Source: an uncultured bacterium
GTDB lineage: Bacteria; Krumholzibacteriota; Krumholzibacteriia; JACNKJ01
DNA: 64,000 nucleotides
Assembly: GCA_963695095.1 (NCBI GenBank)
Contig: CAVOFT010000001.1
Location: 2,624,001-2,688,000, forward strand
Direction of reading: 5' to 3'
Shown piece after piece: positions 19,101 through 28,575 of the stretch. How positions within the stretch are numbered: the first letter of the stretch is position 1; each line of letters opens with the position of its first letter. A model generated the notes under the pieces. That model worked only from the letters and a program-made list of their open reading frames with translations. It was not told where the DNA came from and made no database searches. Both the position numbers and the translations under genes were made by a program.

Positions 19101-19284
19101 CCGTCTCGACGACGCTCGGGCTGGCGCCGCGGTAGAGCGTGGTGACGGAGACGACCGGCGGCTCGATGTCCGGATACTCGCGCACCGGCAAGCGCAGGAA
19201 GGCGATCACGCCGAGCAGCGTGATCGTCAGGCTCATGACGACCGCGAGCACCGGCCGCCGGATGCTGAGCTCGCTGAGCTTCAT
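16132..19284 (-). CDS. RND efflux permease (AcrB/MdtB family)
   Basis: MKLSELSIRRPV, LPVREYPDI, AIGLVVDDAIVVLEN, GLVTKNAILIVEF, RLRPILMT. Confidence 0.96.
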   Translation of the reverse strand: MKLSELSIRRPVLAVVMSLTITLLGVIAFLRLPVREYPDIEPPVVSVTTLYRGASPSVVETEITNVLEEQFSTIEGVKSLTSSSLEQGSRITIEFELNRDVDVAANDVRDRVSRASGRLPREADDPVVAKVDVDAQPIIWLAFLSDRHSTLELSEVADRVLKERLQRVPGVGTVFIGGERRYAMRIWLDPQRMMARGLTSQDVERAIRTENIETPAGRIEGTGREFPLRTRGELHSPEEFAAIIVRQQGDNLVRLGDVAEIEIGPEDERTITRFNGQPAVGLGIVKQKEASTVAVGKAVQSALPELQASLPAGMQLETAYNSATFIEESINEIGSTLLLATGLVVLIVLLFLKSLRATLIPIVAIPIAIIGAFTVAFALGFSINIITLLALVLAIGLVVDDAIVVLENSFRHLEMGKPRRVAARDAMDEIVFAVIATSVVLVAVFIPVAFLTGSVGRLFREFGLTLAVAVAISTFVALTLTPMLCSVMLRRAERDGRRKWSDRSFEAFFRWLDGAYAATLRFALAHRPLVLALALLLLAGTGWLWQRLPRELVPVEDRGVGFGIVIAPEGATLEYSDRNMRQIEAVLLDLPERRGLFSATGLGFGGPGSVTNGFLFLSLKPRAERERSQQEIVASLFPRLMGIPGVLAFVVNPPSLAGRGSSSAISYVLKADSYDELNTAVQSFMAKAQGLGYLVNLDSDLRLNKPQLEINIERERAAALGVSVADIGGTLETFLGGRVIGDFKQGTEQYDVIAQLRASQRATPDVIREIHLRAAGGELIPLANLVSVEETPAPKSLNHYNRERSATITANLAPGVDLGSALGALDEIARTELPAGIRTELAGQSREYRESSGSLAFMFLLALVFIFLVLAAQFESFVHPFTILLSVPLALVGAVVSLFVLRQSLNIFSQIGLVMLIGLVTKNAILIVEFSNQLRGRGESILAAVQEAARIRLRPILMTSLSTVFGILPIALGLGAGAESRQPLGIAIVGGILFSTFLTLVVVPVVYSLLARFTRAEAIGIEEKPAAPASLAAAGGEQALALPGGRPSAS

Positions 19285-20409
19285 GCGCCGCCTCCCGGCC
19301 CGGCGGCCGCGGCCGGCGGGCCGCCCGGCGCGCCGGCGGCGATCGGCAGCACCTTCGCGCCGGGAAAGACCTTCTGGTGGCCCGCGCGCACGACCTGCTC
19401 CCCGGCCGCCAGGCCGCTGAGGATCTCCACGGTCTCCGCCTGGCGCAGGCCGAGGGTCACCGGGCGCGGGCTGATCGTGCTGTCCGCACCGATCACGTAG
19501 ACCATCATCTGACCGCCCTGGATGAAGACGGCTTCGCTGGGCAGGGTGAGGGCGTCCTCGCGGCTGTCCAGCACCACGGACACCGCGGCCGACATGCCGG
19601 GCCTGAGCAGGCGGTCGGGATTGGCGAGGCGGGCGATGACGCGCGCGCTGCGCGTGGCGGCATCGAGCTCCGGTTCGATGATGTCCACCGTGCCGGTCAG
19701 CGCGCTGTCCGGATAGGCGATCGTCGTCACGGCGACCGCGGCGCCGCGCGCGAGCTGGCCGAGCAGGCGCTCGGGCGCGCTGAAGTTGACGCGCAGCTCG
19801 TCGTAACGCGAGAGCTCGGTGATGGCCGTGCCCGCGCGCAGATAGGCGCCCGGGCTCACCCGCCGGGCGCCGAGAACGCCGGCGAAGGGGGCCGTGATGC
19901 GCGCCTTGGCCAGGCGGGTCTCGGCCAGCGCGAGCTCGGCCTCGGCCACCTTGAGGGCCGCCGCCGCGTCGTCGAGATCCTGGGCCGAGCCCGCCCCGGC
20001 CGCCACCACCGCCGCGATGCGGACGTGGCTCGCCTGCCGCTGATCGCGCAGGGCGGCGGCCCGCGCGGCCTGGGCGCGCAGCTCCGCGTCGTCGAGCTGG
20101 GCGATGAGAGCGCCCGCCGCGATCGGCTGGCCCTCCCGGAAGGGCAGGGCGACGACGGCGGCGTCGATCTCGCTGACGACGGTGATCGCCTCGCTGGCCG
20201 CCAGCGTGCCGACGACCGTGAAGCGGTCGATCAGGGTGCCGGCCGTGGCCGCCGCGGTCTCGACCGGCAGGGGCGGCATGCTGAAGCCGCCGCCGCCGGC
20301 TTCGCTGCTTGCCGCCGCAGCCGGCGATCAGGGCGAGCGCCGGCAGCGCGAGTCCGAACAGGGCGCCGGCCAGCGGCCACCGGCGGGACAGGGCAGAGGA
20401 CGGGTTCAC
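19281..20409 (-). CDS. RND membrane fusion protein (one apparent frameshift near 20305)
   Basis: GTG start with lipobox IAGC, frame change to GGGGFSMPPLPV; ITAPFAG, LLRPGM, GLAAGEQVV. Confidence 0.9.
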
Positions 20410-22038
20410 GGTGTGCTCTCCTGGGTGGCGGTGGATGCGGTGACCGGGCCGGGGTAGGCGCCGCCGGTGAGGCGACGCAGCTCGGCCGCGGCCCGGGCCC
20501 TGCGGTAGAGCGCCGCCGAGTAGCGGCGCTGGGCGTCGGCGAGATCGGCGCCCAGGCGAACGAGTTCGAAGGCCGTGCTGCGCCCGCTGCTGAACTCGGC
20601 CAGCCCGATGCGCAGCTGCTCGAAGGAGGCGGCGACGCCGACGCCGGCCAGGGTCTGCCGCGTTTCGCTGCGGACGAGCTCGCGATGCTGCGCGCGCACG
20701 GCCTCGCCGAGGGCGCGCTGCGCGGCGGTGAACTGCGCCTCGGCCCGCGCGAGCTCGGCGCGCAGGCGGTCCCGCTCGCCGCGGTCCCTGCCGCCCAGGG
20801 GCAGGCTCAGGCGCAGGCCCCAGCGCCAGGTCGGATAATCCCTGCCCGTCACCTGATCGAAGGTGTCGCCGAAGCCGGTGTCCAGTGCGCTGCGCAGGGT
20901 GTCGGGCCCGCTGCCGAAATCGACGATGACCTCCCGGCCGGCGCCGCCCAGGCCACGCCCCCCCAGCGCTCCGAAGAGATCCAGCTGCGGCAGGGCGTCC
21001 CAGCTCGCCGCGCGGCTGCGGGCGCGCGCGGCGGCGACTGCCTTCGTCTCCGCGGCCAGGGCGAGATTGCGCTCGCCGGCCAAGGCCACCAGCTCCTCCT
21101 CGTCGATGGCGGGGAAGGCGGCCGGCGGCTGGCCGACCGCGCGAAAGCGCGCCGTGGCCTGGGGACGGCGCCCGATGAGCGTGGCCAGCCGGTCGGAGAC
21201 GCGATCGAGCTGCTCCTCGCCGTCGAGCACGGCCTGGGCCTGCTGGGCGAGGAAGGCGCGGGCGCTGGCAGGCGCCCCGGGTCCGACGAGCCCGGCCTCG
21301 GCGCGGAGCTCGGCTTCGCTGAGAAAGACGCGGGCCTGCTCCTCGACGAGGAGTTGCACCGCGTAGTCCCGCTCGGCCGCGTAGAGCGCCCAGTAGGTGG
21401 ACTCCAGTTCGGCGATCACCGCCAGGCGCGCATCGGCGTAGAGCGCTTCCGCCTGCGCCTGCTGTTCGCCGCTGGCGTCCAGCGCTCCCCGCGCGGCCGG
21501 ACCGAAACCCCTTGAGCAGGGGCTGGGTGAGCGCCAGCTCGCCGAAGCTGTCGATCTGGGGGGAGAGCAGCGCGAAGCTCGAGTTGCTGCTCGAGCGGAC
21601 GGTGTTGAGGCTGGCCGAGAGCTCGGTGCCCGTGGGCAGGCGCAGGCGGGCGCCGCCGCTCAGCTGCCGGCTCTCGCTCTCGAGCACGTCGGCGCCGGCG
21701 AAGAAGGAAGCCGTCGGCTGCTCGTCGCCGGCCCAGCTCGCCTCGCCGAAGAGCTCGGGCCAGAAGGCGCCGCGCTCGCGGCGGGCCGCGCCGGCCGCTG
21801 CGGCGCGCTGGGCCGCGGCGATGCGAATCGCGCTGCCCTGGTCGAGCGCCTCGGCCAGGGCTTGCTCCAGCTCGAGCGGCTCGCCGGCCAGGCCGGCCAG
21901 GGTCAGGGCCAGGGCGCTGTCCGGACTGGCGCCGAGTCCGCGCGCGGAGGCCGCGCTCGGCGCCGGCGGATCGAAGGCGATCAGCAGGCCGCTGAGGGCG
22001 ATGAGAACGGGTAGACGAGGACGCAGGGTTCTGCGCAT
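20406..22038 (-). CDS. TolC-family outer membrane efflux protein (one apparent frameshift near 21510)
   Basis: Signal peptide MRRTLRPRLPVLIAL; LTQPLLKG continues as GFGPAARG...VIAELESTYWAL if one G of a GGGG run is removed; LPQLDL, GRSTAFEL. Confidence 0.88.
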
Positions 22039-22154
22039 TCCACACCAACTCCCGGTGATCATGAACAGCGCGCGGAGACGCGCGAAGGGCGGGTGAGCGA
22101 TCCTTGTCACCCGCGGACAAGCTAACATGCGCAGGGCTTCGCGTCACCCCGAAT

Positions 22155-22171
22155 TCGGCATCGCGCTTGCG
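22155..22171 (+). promoter_or_regulatory. Candidate sigma54 -24/-12 promoter of the sensor kinase
   Basis: TCGGCATCGCGCTTGCG: GG(22157-58)-N10-GC(22169-70), matching YGGCAY-N5-TTGC. Confidence 0.55.
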
Positions 22172-22193
22172 CCAGCCAAGGCCCAGAATCCAC

Positions 22194-22220
22194 TCAAAGC
22201 CGACCAAGAGCTGCCGATAA
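22194..22220 (+). promoter_or_regulatory. Sigma28 (FliA)-type promoter of the sensor kinase
   Basis: TCAA-N15-GCCGATAA, perfect -10 element, about 50 bp before the ATG. Confidence 0.7.
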
Positions 22221-22271
22221 TCCCATACAGGAGCTGCCGCCCTTCCCGGCGGGAGCCAGAGGAAATTGCCG

Positions 22272-24359
22272 ATGGAAGGCCCCGCAAGCCGCGGCTCGTC
22301 GAACTCCGCCCTGGCGATCCTCCATGTCGAGGACTGCCGGATCCAGCGGCATCTCATCTCGCGCCTGGCAGCGGCCCTCGATGCGGATATCACGCTCCAG
22401 ACTGCGGGGAATCTGGCGGACGCGCTGGTCCTCTGCGCCGAAGGCAGTTTCGACGCGGTGCTGCTGGACCTGATGCTGCCCGACTCCAGCGGCGTGGAGA
22501 CCCTGCGGCGCCTGCACGACGCGCTGCCCCGGGTGCCCATCATCGTGCTCACCGCAACCGATGACCGCGCGCTGGCCCTGGAGCTCCTCGCCCGCGGCGC
22601 CCAGGACTACCTGCTCAAGAACCAGGTGGACGGCAGCAGCCTGCTGAGGTCGATCCGCTACGCCATCGAGCGCCAGCGGACGGCCCTCCAGCTCGAGCAG
22701 GAGACGGCGCGCCTGCGCGAGAGCGAGGCGCGCCTGAGCTGGCTCTTCGAGCACTCGCCCGTCCCCCTCATCGAACTCGACATCGGCCCGGGCCTCTCCT
22801 TCCTGTCGGTGACCGCCGAGGGCATCAGCGCAGCCGCAGCGCAGGCGTTCCTCGCCGCAATCCGCCTCGCCGCCGCCAACCGGGCCGCCCTGGGCCTCGT
22901 CGGCGCCGACTCGATGGCGGATCTGACCTGCGTCGGCGATCTGGTGCCCGCCGCGTCGCTGCCCGCCTTCGGCCGCGCGCTCGCCCAGCTCGGCCGCGGC
23001 GACACGCCGGCCGAGCACGAGGCGCTCATCCGCCGGCTGGACGGAGATGACCGCAGCGTGCGCCTGGGCTACGCCCTGACCGCCGACCCCGGCGCACGGG
23101 GCATCCGGGTGATGGTCTCCGCCATGGACCTCACCGCGGCCAGGAAGGCCGAGCTGCAGATCCGGCTGCAGGCCGTCGCGCTCGAGGCCACGTCCTATGC
23201 GGTGGTGATCACCGATGTCGAGGGCTGCATCCTCTGGGTGAACCCCGCCTTCACGGACCTCACCGGCTATGCGCGCGAGGAGGCGATCGGCGCCAACCCG
23301 CGCATCCTCAAGTCGGGCACTCACGATCCCGCCTTCTACCGGAGCATGTGGCAGGACCTGCGGGCGGGGCGGCTGTGGGAGGGCGAGGTCGTCAACCGGC
23401 GCAAGGACGGCTCGTTCTACTCCGAGCACATGACGATCACGCCCGTGCGCGCCGACGGCGGCGAGATCACCCACTACATCGCGATCAAGTTCGACATCAG
23501 CGAGCGCAAGGCGCTCGAGGCCAAGCTGATGCAGTCGCAGAAGCTGGAGTCCATCGGCCAACTTGCAGCGGGAGTGGCCCATGAAATCAACACGCCCATC
23601 CAGTTCATCGGCGACAACCTGCGCTTCGTCAAGGACGCCTTCGCAGAGCTCCTGCCACCCCTGGCGAAGCTGGCGCATGACGCGCACATCGCCGCGGCGG
23701 CGCGGCAGGACGCGGAAGCGCCGCTCGGCGATCTGGATCTGAACTACTTCCGCGACGAGGTGCCGCGCGCCATCGCGGATTCGCTCGAGGGCGTGGAGCA
23801 CGTGGCCAAGATCGTCCGCTCGATGAAGGCCTTCGCCCATCCCGGCGTGAACGAGATGACGAGCGTCGACATCAACGGCATCGTCGAAAACGCCGTGACG
23901 ATCTCGCGCAACGAGTGGAAGTACATCGCCGAACTCGAGCTGCAGCTGGCGGCGAACCTGCCGCCCGTGCCCTGCCTGCCCGGCGAGCTGGGCCAGGTGC
24001 TGCTCAACATGATCGTCAATGCCACCCACGCGATCGAGACGGCGCTGGGCAAGGACCCGCCGGTGAAGGGCAGCATCACGATCAGCACCCTGCTCAGGGA
24101 GAGCAGCATCGAGATCCGCATCGCCGACAGCGGCTGCGGCATCCCGCCCGAGCATCGCGCAAAGGTCTTCGACCTCTTCTTCACGACCAAGGACGTGGGC
24201 AAGGGCTCGGGCCAGGGACTGGCCATCGCCTATTCGGTCGTCACCGAGCAGCATGGCGGCTCGCTCAGCTTCGAATCGGAAGCTGGGCAAGGGAACGACC
24301 TTCATCGTCAAGTCTGCCCCTGGTCCGCCAGACGGCAAGTGTGGAGGCGGATCCGCTGA
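22272..24359 (+). CDS. REC-PAS-PAS sensor histidine kinase (C-terminus apparently frameshifted)
   Basis: ILHVED...LLDLMLPD...GAQDYLLK; PAS WVNPAFTDLTGY; AGVAHEINTP; FFTTKDVGKGSGQGL; the expected GKGTTFIV lies in another frame near 24285. Confidence 0.92.
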   Translation: MEGPASRGSSNSALAILHVEDCRIQRHLISRLAAALDADITLQTAGNLADALVLCAEGSFDAVLLDLMLPDSSGVETLRRLHDALPRVPIIVLTATDDRALALELLARGAQDYLLKNQVDGSSLLRSIRYAIERQRTALQLEQETARLRESEARLSWLFEHSPVPLIELDIGPGLSFLSVTAEGISAAAAQAFLAAIRLAAANRAALGLVGADSMADLTCVGDLVPAASLPAFGRALAQLGRGDTPAEHEALIRRLDGDDRSVRLGYALTADPGARGIRVMVSAMDLTAARKAELQIRLQAVALEATSYAVVITDVEGCILWVNPAFTDLTGYAREEAIGANPRILKSGTHDPAFYRSMWQDLRAGRLWEGEVVNRRKDGSFYSEHMTITPVRADGGEITHYIAIKFDISERKALEAKLMQSQKLESIGQLAAGVAHEINTPIQFIGDNLRFVKDAFAELLPPLAKLAHDAHIAAAARQDAEAPLGDLDLNYFRDEVPRAIADSLEGVEHVAKIVRSMKAFAHPGVNEMTSVDINGIVENAVTISRNEWKYIAELELQLAANLPPVPCLPGELGQVLLNMIVNATHAIETALGKDPPVKGSITISTLLRESSIEIRIADSGCGIPPEHRAKVFDLFFTTKDVGKGSGQGLAIAYSVVTEQHGGSLSFESEAGQGNDLHRQVCPWSARRQVWRRIR

Positions 24360-24382
24360 CGGTGGCCTGAGCCCGAGCGCCC

Positions 24383-25588
24383 CTAGGGCGCGGGCTGGAG
24401 TTCGCCGGGGAGCAACGCCTCGGCGGCGGCCTTGGGCGGCAGGAGCACCCGCACGGGCTCGCGGACGCCGCGGTTCTTGCCGAAGTTCTGCAGACGCTCG
24501 ACCAGGGCCAGGGTCACCCGGCTGCCCTTGGCGACGATCAGCAGCCCGCTGGTGGCCACCACGTCCTCGACGAAGGTCATGCCCGGCCGCAGGTCCGCCA
24601 GGCGCAGCTCGCGAACCTCGCGCACCCGCTGCTCCTCGCAGACGATGCGCCCGAAGAGGGCAAGCAGTTCCTCGTCGTAGGCGCCGTGGCGGCCGATCAG
24701 GGAGCCGACGGCGAGCTCGGCCGTGAGGCCCTGCACCTCGAGCACGTGGAAGTCCACGGCGATCTTGATCAGGCGGGCGCCCAGCGGCAGCTCGGCGCCG
24801 CGGGGGCTCTCGGCCGCTTGGCCACCGCCGTCGAAGCGCCTGCCCTGGTAGCGCAGCACCTCGCGCACCGGCTCCAGGCGCGGAATGCTGGCGAGCAGCC
24901 GCTCCACCACCGCGGGCATCCGATCGACCATCGCCTGATCGCCGGCGTCGAGCGCTTGGCCACGGTAGACCTGCTCGGCCACCTCGGCGGGCAAGATGAC
25001 GGAGCCGATCTGGGAGAGCATCGCCGCGACTTCGATGTGCCAGCGCTCCGTGACGGACAGGGCGTCCAGCACCTGGGCAATCAGGTCCTTGGCGCGGCTG
25101 GCCCGGCTGAAGGCGGCCGGATTGGCCAGCGCGAGGATCTCCGTCAGCGCCTTGATGCTGCCGTGGAGGGTTTCGCTGAGCAGCACGCGCTCGGCGCCGA
25201 TCAGCTCGTACTGCCGCACGCCGTCCTTGAGCGCGGCCAGCAGGTCCTCCGCCGGACAGGGCTTCTGCAGGAAGCGGAAGATGCCGCCCTTGTTGACGGC
25301 GGTGGCGGCATCGTTGAGGTCGGCCTGACCGGTGAGCAGGATGCGCACGGTGTCCGGCGCCTGCTGACGCGCCGCGGCGAGGAAGGCAGCGCCGTCCATG
25401 ATGGGCATGCGCATGTCCGAGATGAGAACGGTGAAGGGCTCCTCGGCGGCCAGGCGCTCCAGACCAGCGGCGCCGCTCTCGGCCGTCACCACGGTGAAGG
25501 ACTGATGGAGCTGCCGGGCGAGGGCCGCCAGCACGCGCGGCTCGTCGTCGACGCAAAGGATGCGCGGGCGCGGCGGCGCGGTCCCCAT
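24383..25588 (-). CDS. Response regulator with degenerate HD-GYP-like (HD_5) domain
   Basis: ILCVDDE, ISDMRMP, FLQKP receiver; AAMLSQIG, RFDGGG, ELPLGARLIKIAVDF. Confidence 0.88.
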   Translation of the reverse strand: MGTAPPRPRILCVDDEPRVLAALARQLHQSFTVVTAESGAAGLERLAAEEPFTVLISDMRMPIMDGAAFLAAARQQAPDTVRILLTGQADLNDAATAVNKGGIFRFLQKPCPAEDLLAALKDGVRQYELIGAERVLLSETLHGSIKALTEILALANPAAFSRASRAKDLIAQVLDALSVTERWHIEVAAMLSQIGSVILPAEVAEQVYRGQALDAGDQAMVDRMPAVVERLLASIPRLEPVREVLRYQGRRFDGGGQAAESPRGAELPLGARLIKIAVDFHVLEVQGLTAELAVGSLIGRHGAYDEELLALFGRIVCEEQRVREVRELRLADLRPGMTFVEDVVATSGLLIVAKGSRVTLALVERLQNFGKNRGVREPVRVLLPPKAAAEALLPGELQPAP

Positions 25589-26803
25589 CAGGTCTGGGCC
25601 TCCGCGAGGTCCCCCGCCAGCTCGGCCGCCAGCGCGCGCCAGCCCGGCAGCCGCGCGGCGAGCTCGAACTGCTCGCCGTAGCCGCCGGGGGCCAGCGCCG
25701 CCGTCAGGGCGGAGCTCGGCCTGCCATCGCTCAGCTCATGGTCGAGCTGATCCGCGACGAAGACGGCGGCGATGAGGCCGAACTGCGTCTGGGGCACGCT
25801 CTCCGGCCGGTGGTGATTGGCCACCGCTTCCATCACGGGGTAGGCCACGCCCCAGAGACCGAGCAGGTAGGCGCCGATCTCGGCGTGGCCGACGCCGAGC
25901 AGCTCGCGCTCCAGCTCGTGACCGGGCCGCCCCTGCCGCGCGGCCTCGCTCCTGGATCCTCGCGTACTCCGCGGGCTCCTCGAGCATCAGCAGCAGCTTG
26001 CCGAAATCGTGGAGCAGGCCGGCGATGTAGGCCTTGTCGGCCTGCTCGCCCGGCGCGCACATCTTGGCGGCGAGCGCGGCCACGCGGAGGGCGTGGCGCT
26101 GCTCCGTCGCCAGAGCCTCGGGCGAGATGCCCTGCTTGCCCTGGAAGCCGCCGTAGACCTCCATGGCCAGCACGAGGTTCTTGACCATCTGCATGCCGAG
26201 GTAGCTCACGGCATCCTGCGTGCTGGCGATCTGCCGGCGCAGGCTGAAGAAGCCCGAGTTGACGACCTGCAGCAGGCGGGTGGTCACGCCGAGATCCTCC
26301 TCGACGATGGCCGCCACCTTGGCCACGTCCACCTCGGGATCGGCCAGGGCCTTGAGGAGCTGCCCGTGCACCTTCGGCATCGCGGGCAGGGTCTTGAACT
26401 TGCCCACCAGGCGCCGCGTAGCCTCGATGCTGAGCAGGTCCTGCAGGCTGCAGGCGCGCTCGACCACTTCCTTGATCGTGTCGGCGTCGCAGGGCTTGCT
26501 CAGGAACTGGTGGGAGATCGGAATCGCCTGCAGGGCCGCCTCCATGTCCGCGTGCCCGGACAGCACGATGCGCACCGTCTGCGGGTGGCGCTCCTGCACG
26601 CGCGCGAGCAGCGTCGCCCCGTCCATGCCCGGCATGCGCATGTCGGTGATGACGACGTCGAAGGCCTGCTCGGCCATCAGGGCCAGGGCCTCTTCACCGC
26701 CCCCGGCGAAAGCGAGCTGCCAGCCCTGGGTCTTGCTGTGCAGCATGCGGCGCAGGCCGTCCAGGATGCGCTGCTCGTCGTCCACGAAGAGAATGTGCTT
26801 CAT
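25588..26803 (-). CDS. REC-HDOD response regulator (apparent frameshift near 25930)
   Basis: MKHILFVDDE...TDMRMP; LPAMP, LLQVVNSGFF, AGLLHDFGKL; continues in another frame as GHAEIGAYLLGLWG...AVANHHRP. Confidence 0.88.
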
Positions 26804-26874
26804 GACTCTCCTTGCTCGGGACCGCAGGCAGCCGTCGGCCGCGCGGGCGCCGCCTGGCGAGCGCCGTTCATGGA

Positions 26875-26902
26875 CTATCGGCAGGCAATGCATCAGACTT
26901 GA
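26875..26902 (-). promoter_or_regulatory. Sigma28 (FliA)-type promoter of the HDOD/HD operon
   Basis: TCAAG-N15-GCCGATAG on the minus strand, about 70 bp upstream of the ATG at 26803. Confidence 0.6.
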
Positions 26903-26931
26903 AAAGATTTGTGGCGCCAGGGAGTGGGTTT

Positions 26932-27480
26932 TCAGCGGGCGCGCCGGAGCCGGCGCAGGCCCAGGCCGAGCAGGAGCAGCACCAGGAGCCCGGCCAGGAG
27001 GGGCAGCAGCACCGCGAGCACACCGAGCAGGGCCGCGCCGCCGGATTCGCCCGCGGCCAGCACGGGATTGCCGAGGCCGCCGGTGCCGGCCGTGGAGGCG
27101 AGGCGCAGCCCCACCGTGCCCGCCTGCACCAGCCCGGCGGCGCCCCCACCGGCGACGAGGGCCAGGGCCCAGCGCCAGGCCGGCGGCAGCTCCAGCAGGA
27201 AGGCGGCCATGAGCAGGGTGCCGGCCACGACGGCCAGGGGCGTGGCCACCGTGTCGAGCAGGTGATCCAGCCAGGGGATCTGGTAGGCGAGCACTTCGAT
27301 CAGCGTGGCGAGACCGAGTCCCAGCAGCACCGGCGTCGCGCTCAGCCAGGCGAAGCTCTCGATCAGCTCGACGTGGCCGAAGCGGGCGGCGAGGCCGGCG
27401 ATGAGCAGGGGAACGAAGACGCGCAGGCCGGCCGCCGCCGCGAGGCCGAGGCCGAGCAGGAAGCCGAGCAGCAGATCCAT
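26932..27480 (-). CDS. DUF4126-family membrane protein
   Basis: GLGLAAAAGLRVFVPL, EVLAYQIPWLDHLLD, STAGTGGLGNPV. Confidence 0.85.
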   Translation of the reverse strand: MDLLLGFLLGLGLAAAAGLRVFVPLLIAGLAARFGHVELIESFAWLSATPVLLGLGLATLIEVLAYQIPWLDHLLDTVATPLAVVAGTLLMAAFLLELPPAWRWALALVAGGGAAGLVQAGTVGLRLASTAGTGGLGNPVLAAGESGGAALLGVLAVLLPLLAGLLVLLLLGLGLRRLRRAR

Positions 27481-27498
27481 GGTCGCCCCCAGCCCGGG

Positions 27499-28557
27499 CT
27501 AGAGAACCGACAGCACCTCGTAGCGCTGATTGCGCAGGACGGGCGTGAAGCCGGCGTCGCGGATGAGCCGCTCGATCTCGCTGCGCTCCATGAGGAAGCT
27601 GGCGCCGGCCTGGCTGACCACGTTCTCCTCCAGCATCAGGCTGCCGAAGTCGTTGGCGCCGAAGCGCATGGCGATCTGGCCGATCTTGGCGCCCATCGTG
27701 ACGTAGCTGAGCTGCAGGTTCTCGAAGTTGTCCAGGTAGAGCCGGCTCAGGGCGAGCACGCGCAGGTACTCCACGGCCGTGGCCCGCGGCGTGTGCAGGT
27801 GCGTGTTGTCGGGCTGGAAGGTCCAGGGGATGAAGGCCGTGAAGCCGCCGGTGTCGTCCTGCAGCCGGCGCAGGCGCTCGAGGTGCTCGACGATCTCGGC
27901 CGGCGTCTCGACGTGGCCGAACATCATCGTCGCCGTGGTGCGCAGGCCGAGGCCGTGGGCGATCGCCATCACCTCGAGCCACTCGCTCGCGCTGTCCTTG
28001 AGCGGCGAGATCCGCTGGCGCACCCGGTCGACGAGGATCTCCGCCCCGCCGCCGGGGATGGAGTCCAGGCCCGCGAGGGCGAGGCGGCGAAGGGTGGGCT
28101 CCAGACCCAGGCCCGAGAACTCGGCGATGCGGCGGATCTCGATCGGGCTGAAGCCGTGCACGTGGATGCGGTAGCTGGCCTTGATCCAGGCGAGCAGCTC
28201 CTCGTACCAGTCGATCTTGAGGTCGGGATGCACGCCGCCCTGCATGAGGATCTGCGTGCCCCCCACGGCGAGGGTCTCCTCGATCTTCCGGGCCAGCTCC
28301 TCGCGCGTGAGCACGTAGCCGTCCGGCTTGCCCGGCGCGCGGTAGAAGGCGCAGAACTTGCAGTACACGTTGCAGACGTTCGTGTAGTTGATGTTGCGAT
28401 CGAGGATGAAGGTAACCTGCCGCTCGGGATGGAGCGCCTGGCGGCGCCGATCTGCCGCGGCGCCGAGCTCGAGCAGGTCGGCCTCTTCGAAGAGCTTGAG
28501 GCCCTCGGCGGGGCTGAGGCGACCGCCGGCCGCGGCGCGCGCGAGCAGGGCCGCCAC
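27499..28557 (-). CDS. mqnC: Cyclic dehypoxanthinyl futalosine synthase (radical SAM)
   Basis: DRNINYTNVCNVYCKFCAF, ILMQGG, SIPGGGAEIL, FIPWTFQPDNT, GANDFGSLMLEENVVSQAG. Confidence 0.93.
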   Translation of the reverse strand: MAALLARAAAGGRLSPAEGLKLFEEADLLELGAAADRRRQALHPERQVTFILDRNINYTNVCNVYCKFCAFYRAPGKPDGYVLTREELARKIEETLAVGGTQILMQGGVHPDLKIDWYEELLAWIKASYRIHVHGFSPIEIRRIAEFSGLGLEPTLRRLALAGLDSIPGGGAEILVDRVRQRISPLKDSASEWLEVMAIAHGLGLRTTATMMFGHVETPAEIVEHLERLRRLQDDTGGFTAFIPWTFQPDNTHLHTPRATAVEYLRVLALSRLYLDNFENLQLSYVTMGAKIGQIAMRFGANDFGSLMLEENVVSQAGASFLMERSEIERLIRDAGFTPVLRNQRYEVLSVL

Positions 28558-28575
28558 CGGACTCCTGCGCCTGGC

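Noticed and set aside
16132..22128. 1998-aa ORF suggesting a TolC-MFP-RND fusion
   Set aside because: Artefact of two frameshifts plus stop-poor GC-rich frames; three separate genes with overlapping start and stop codons explain the sequence.
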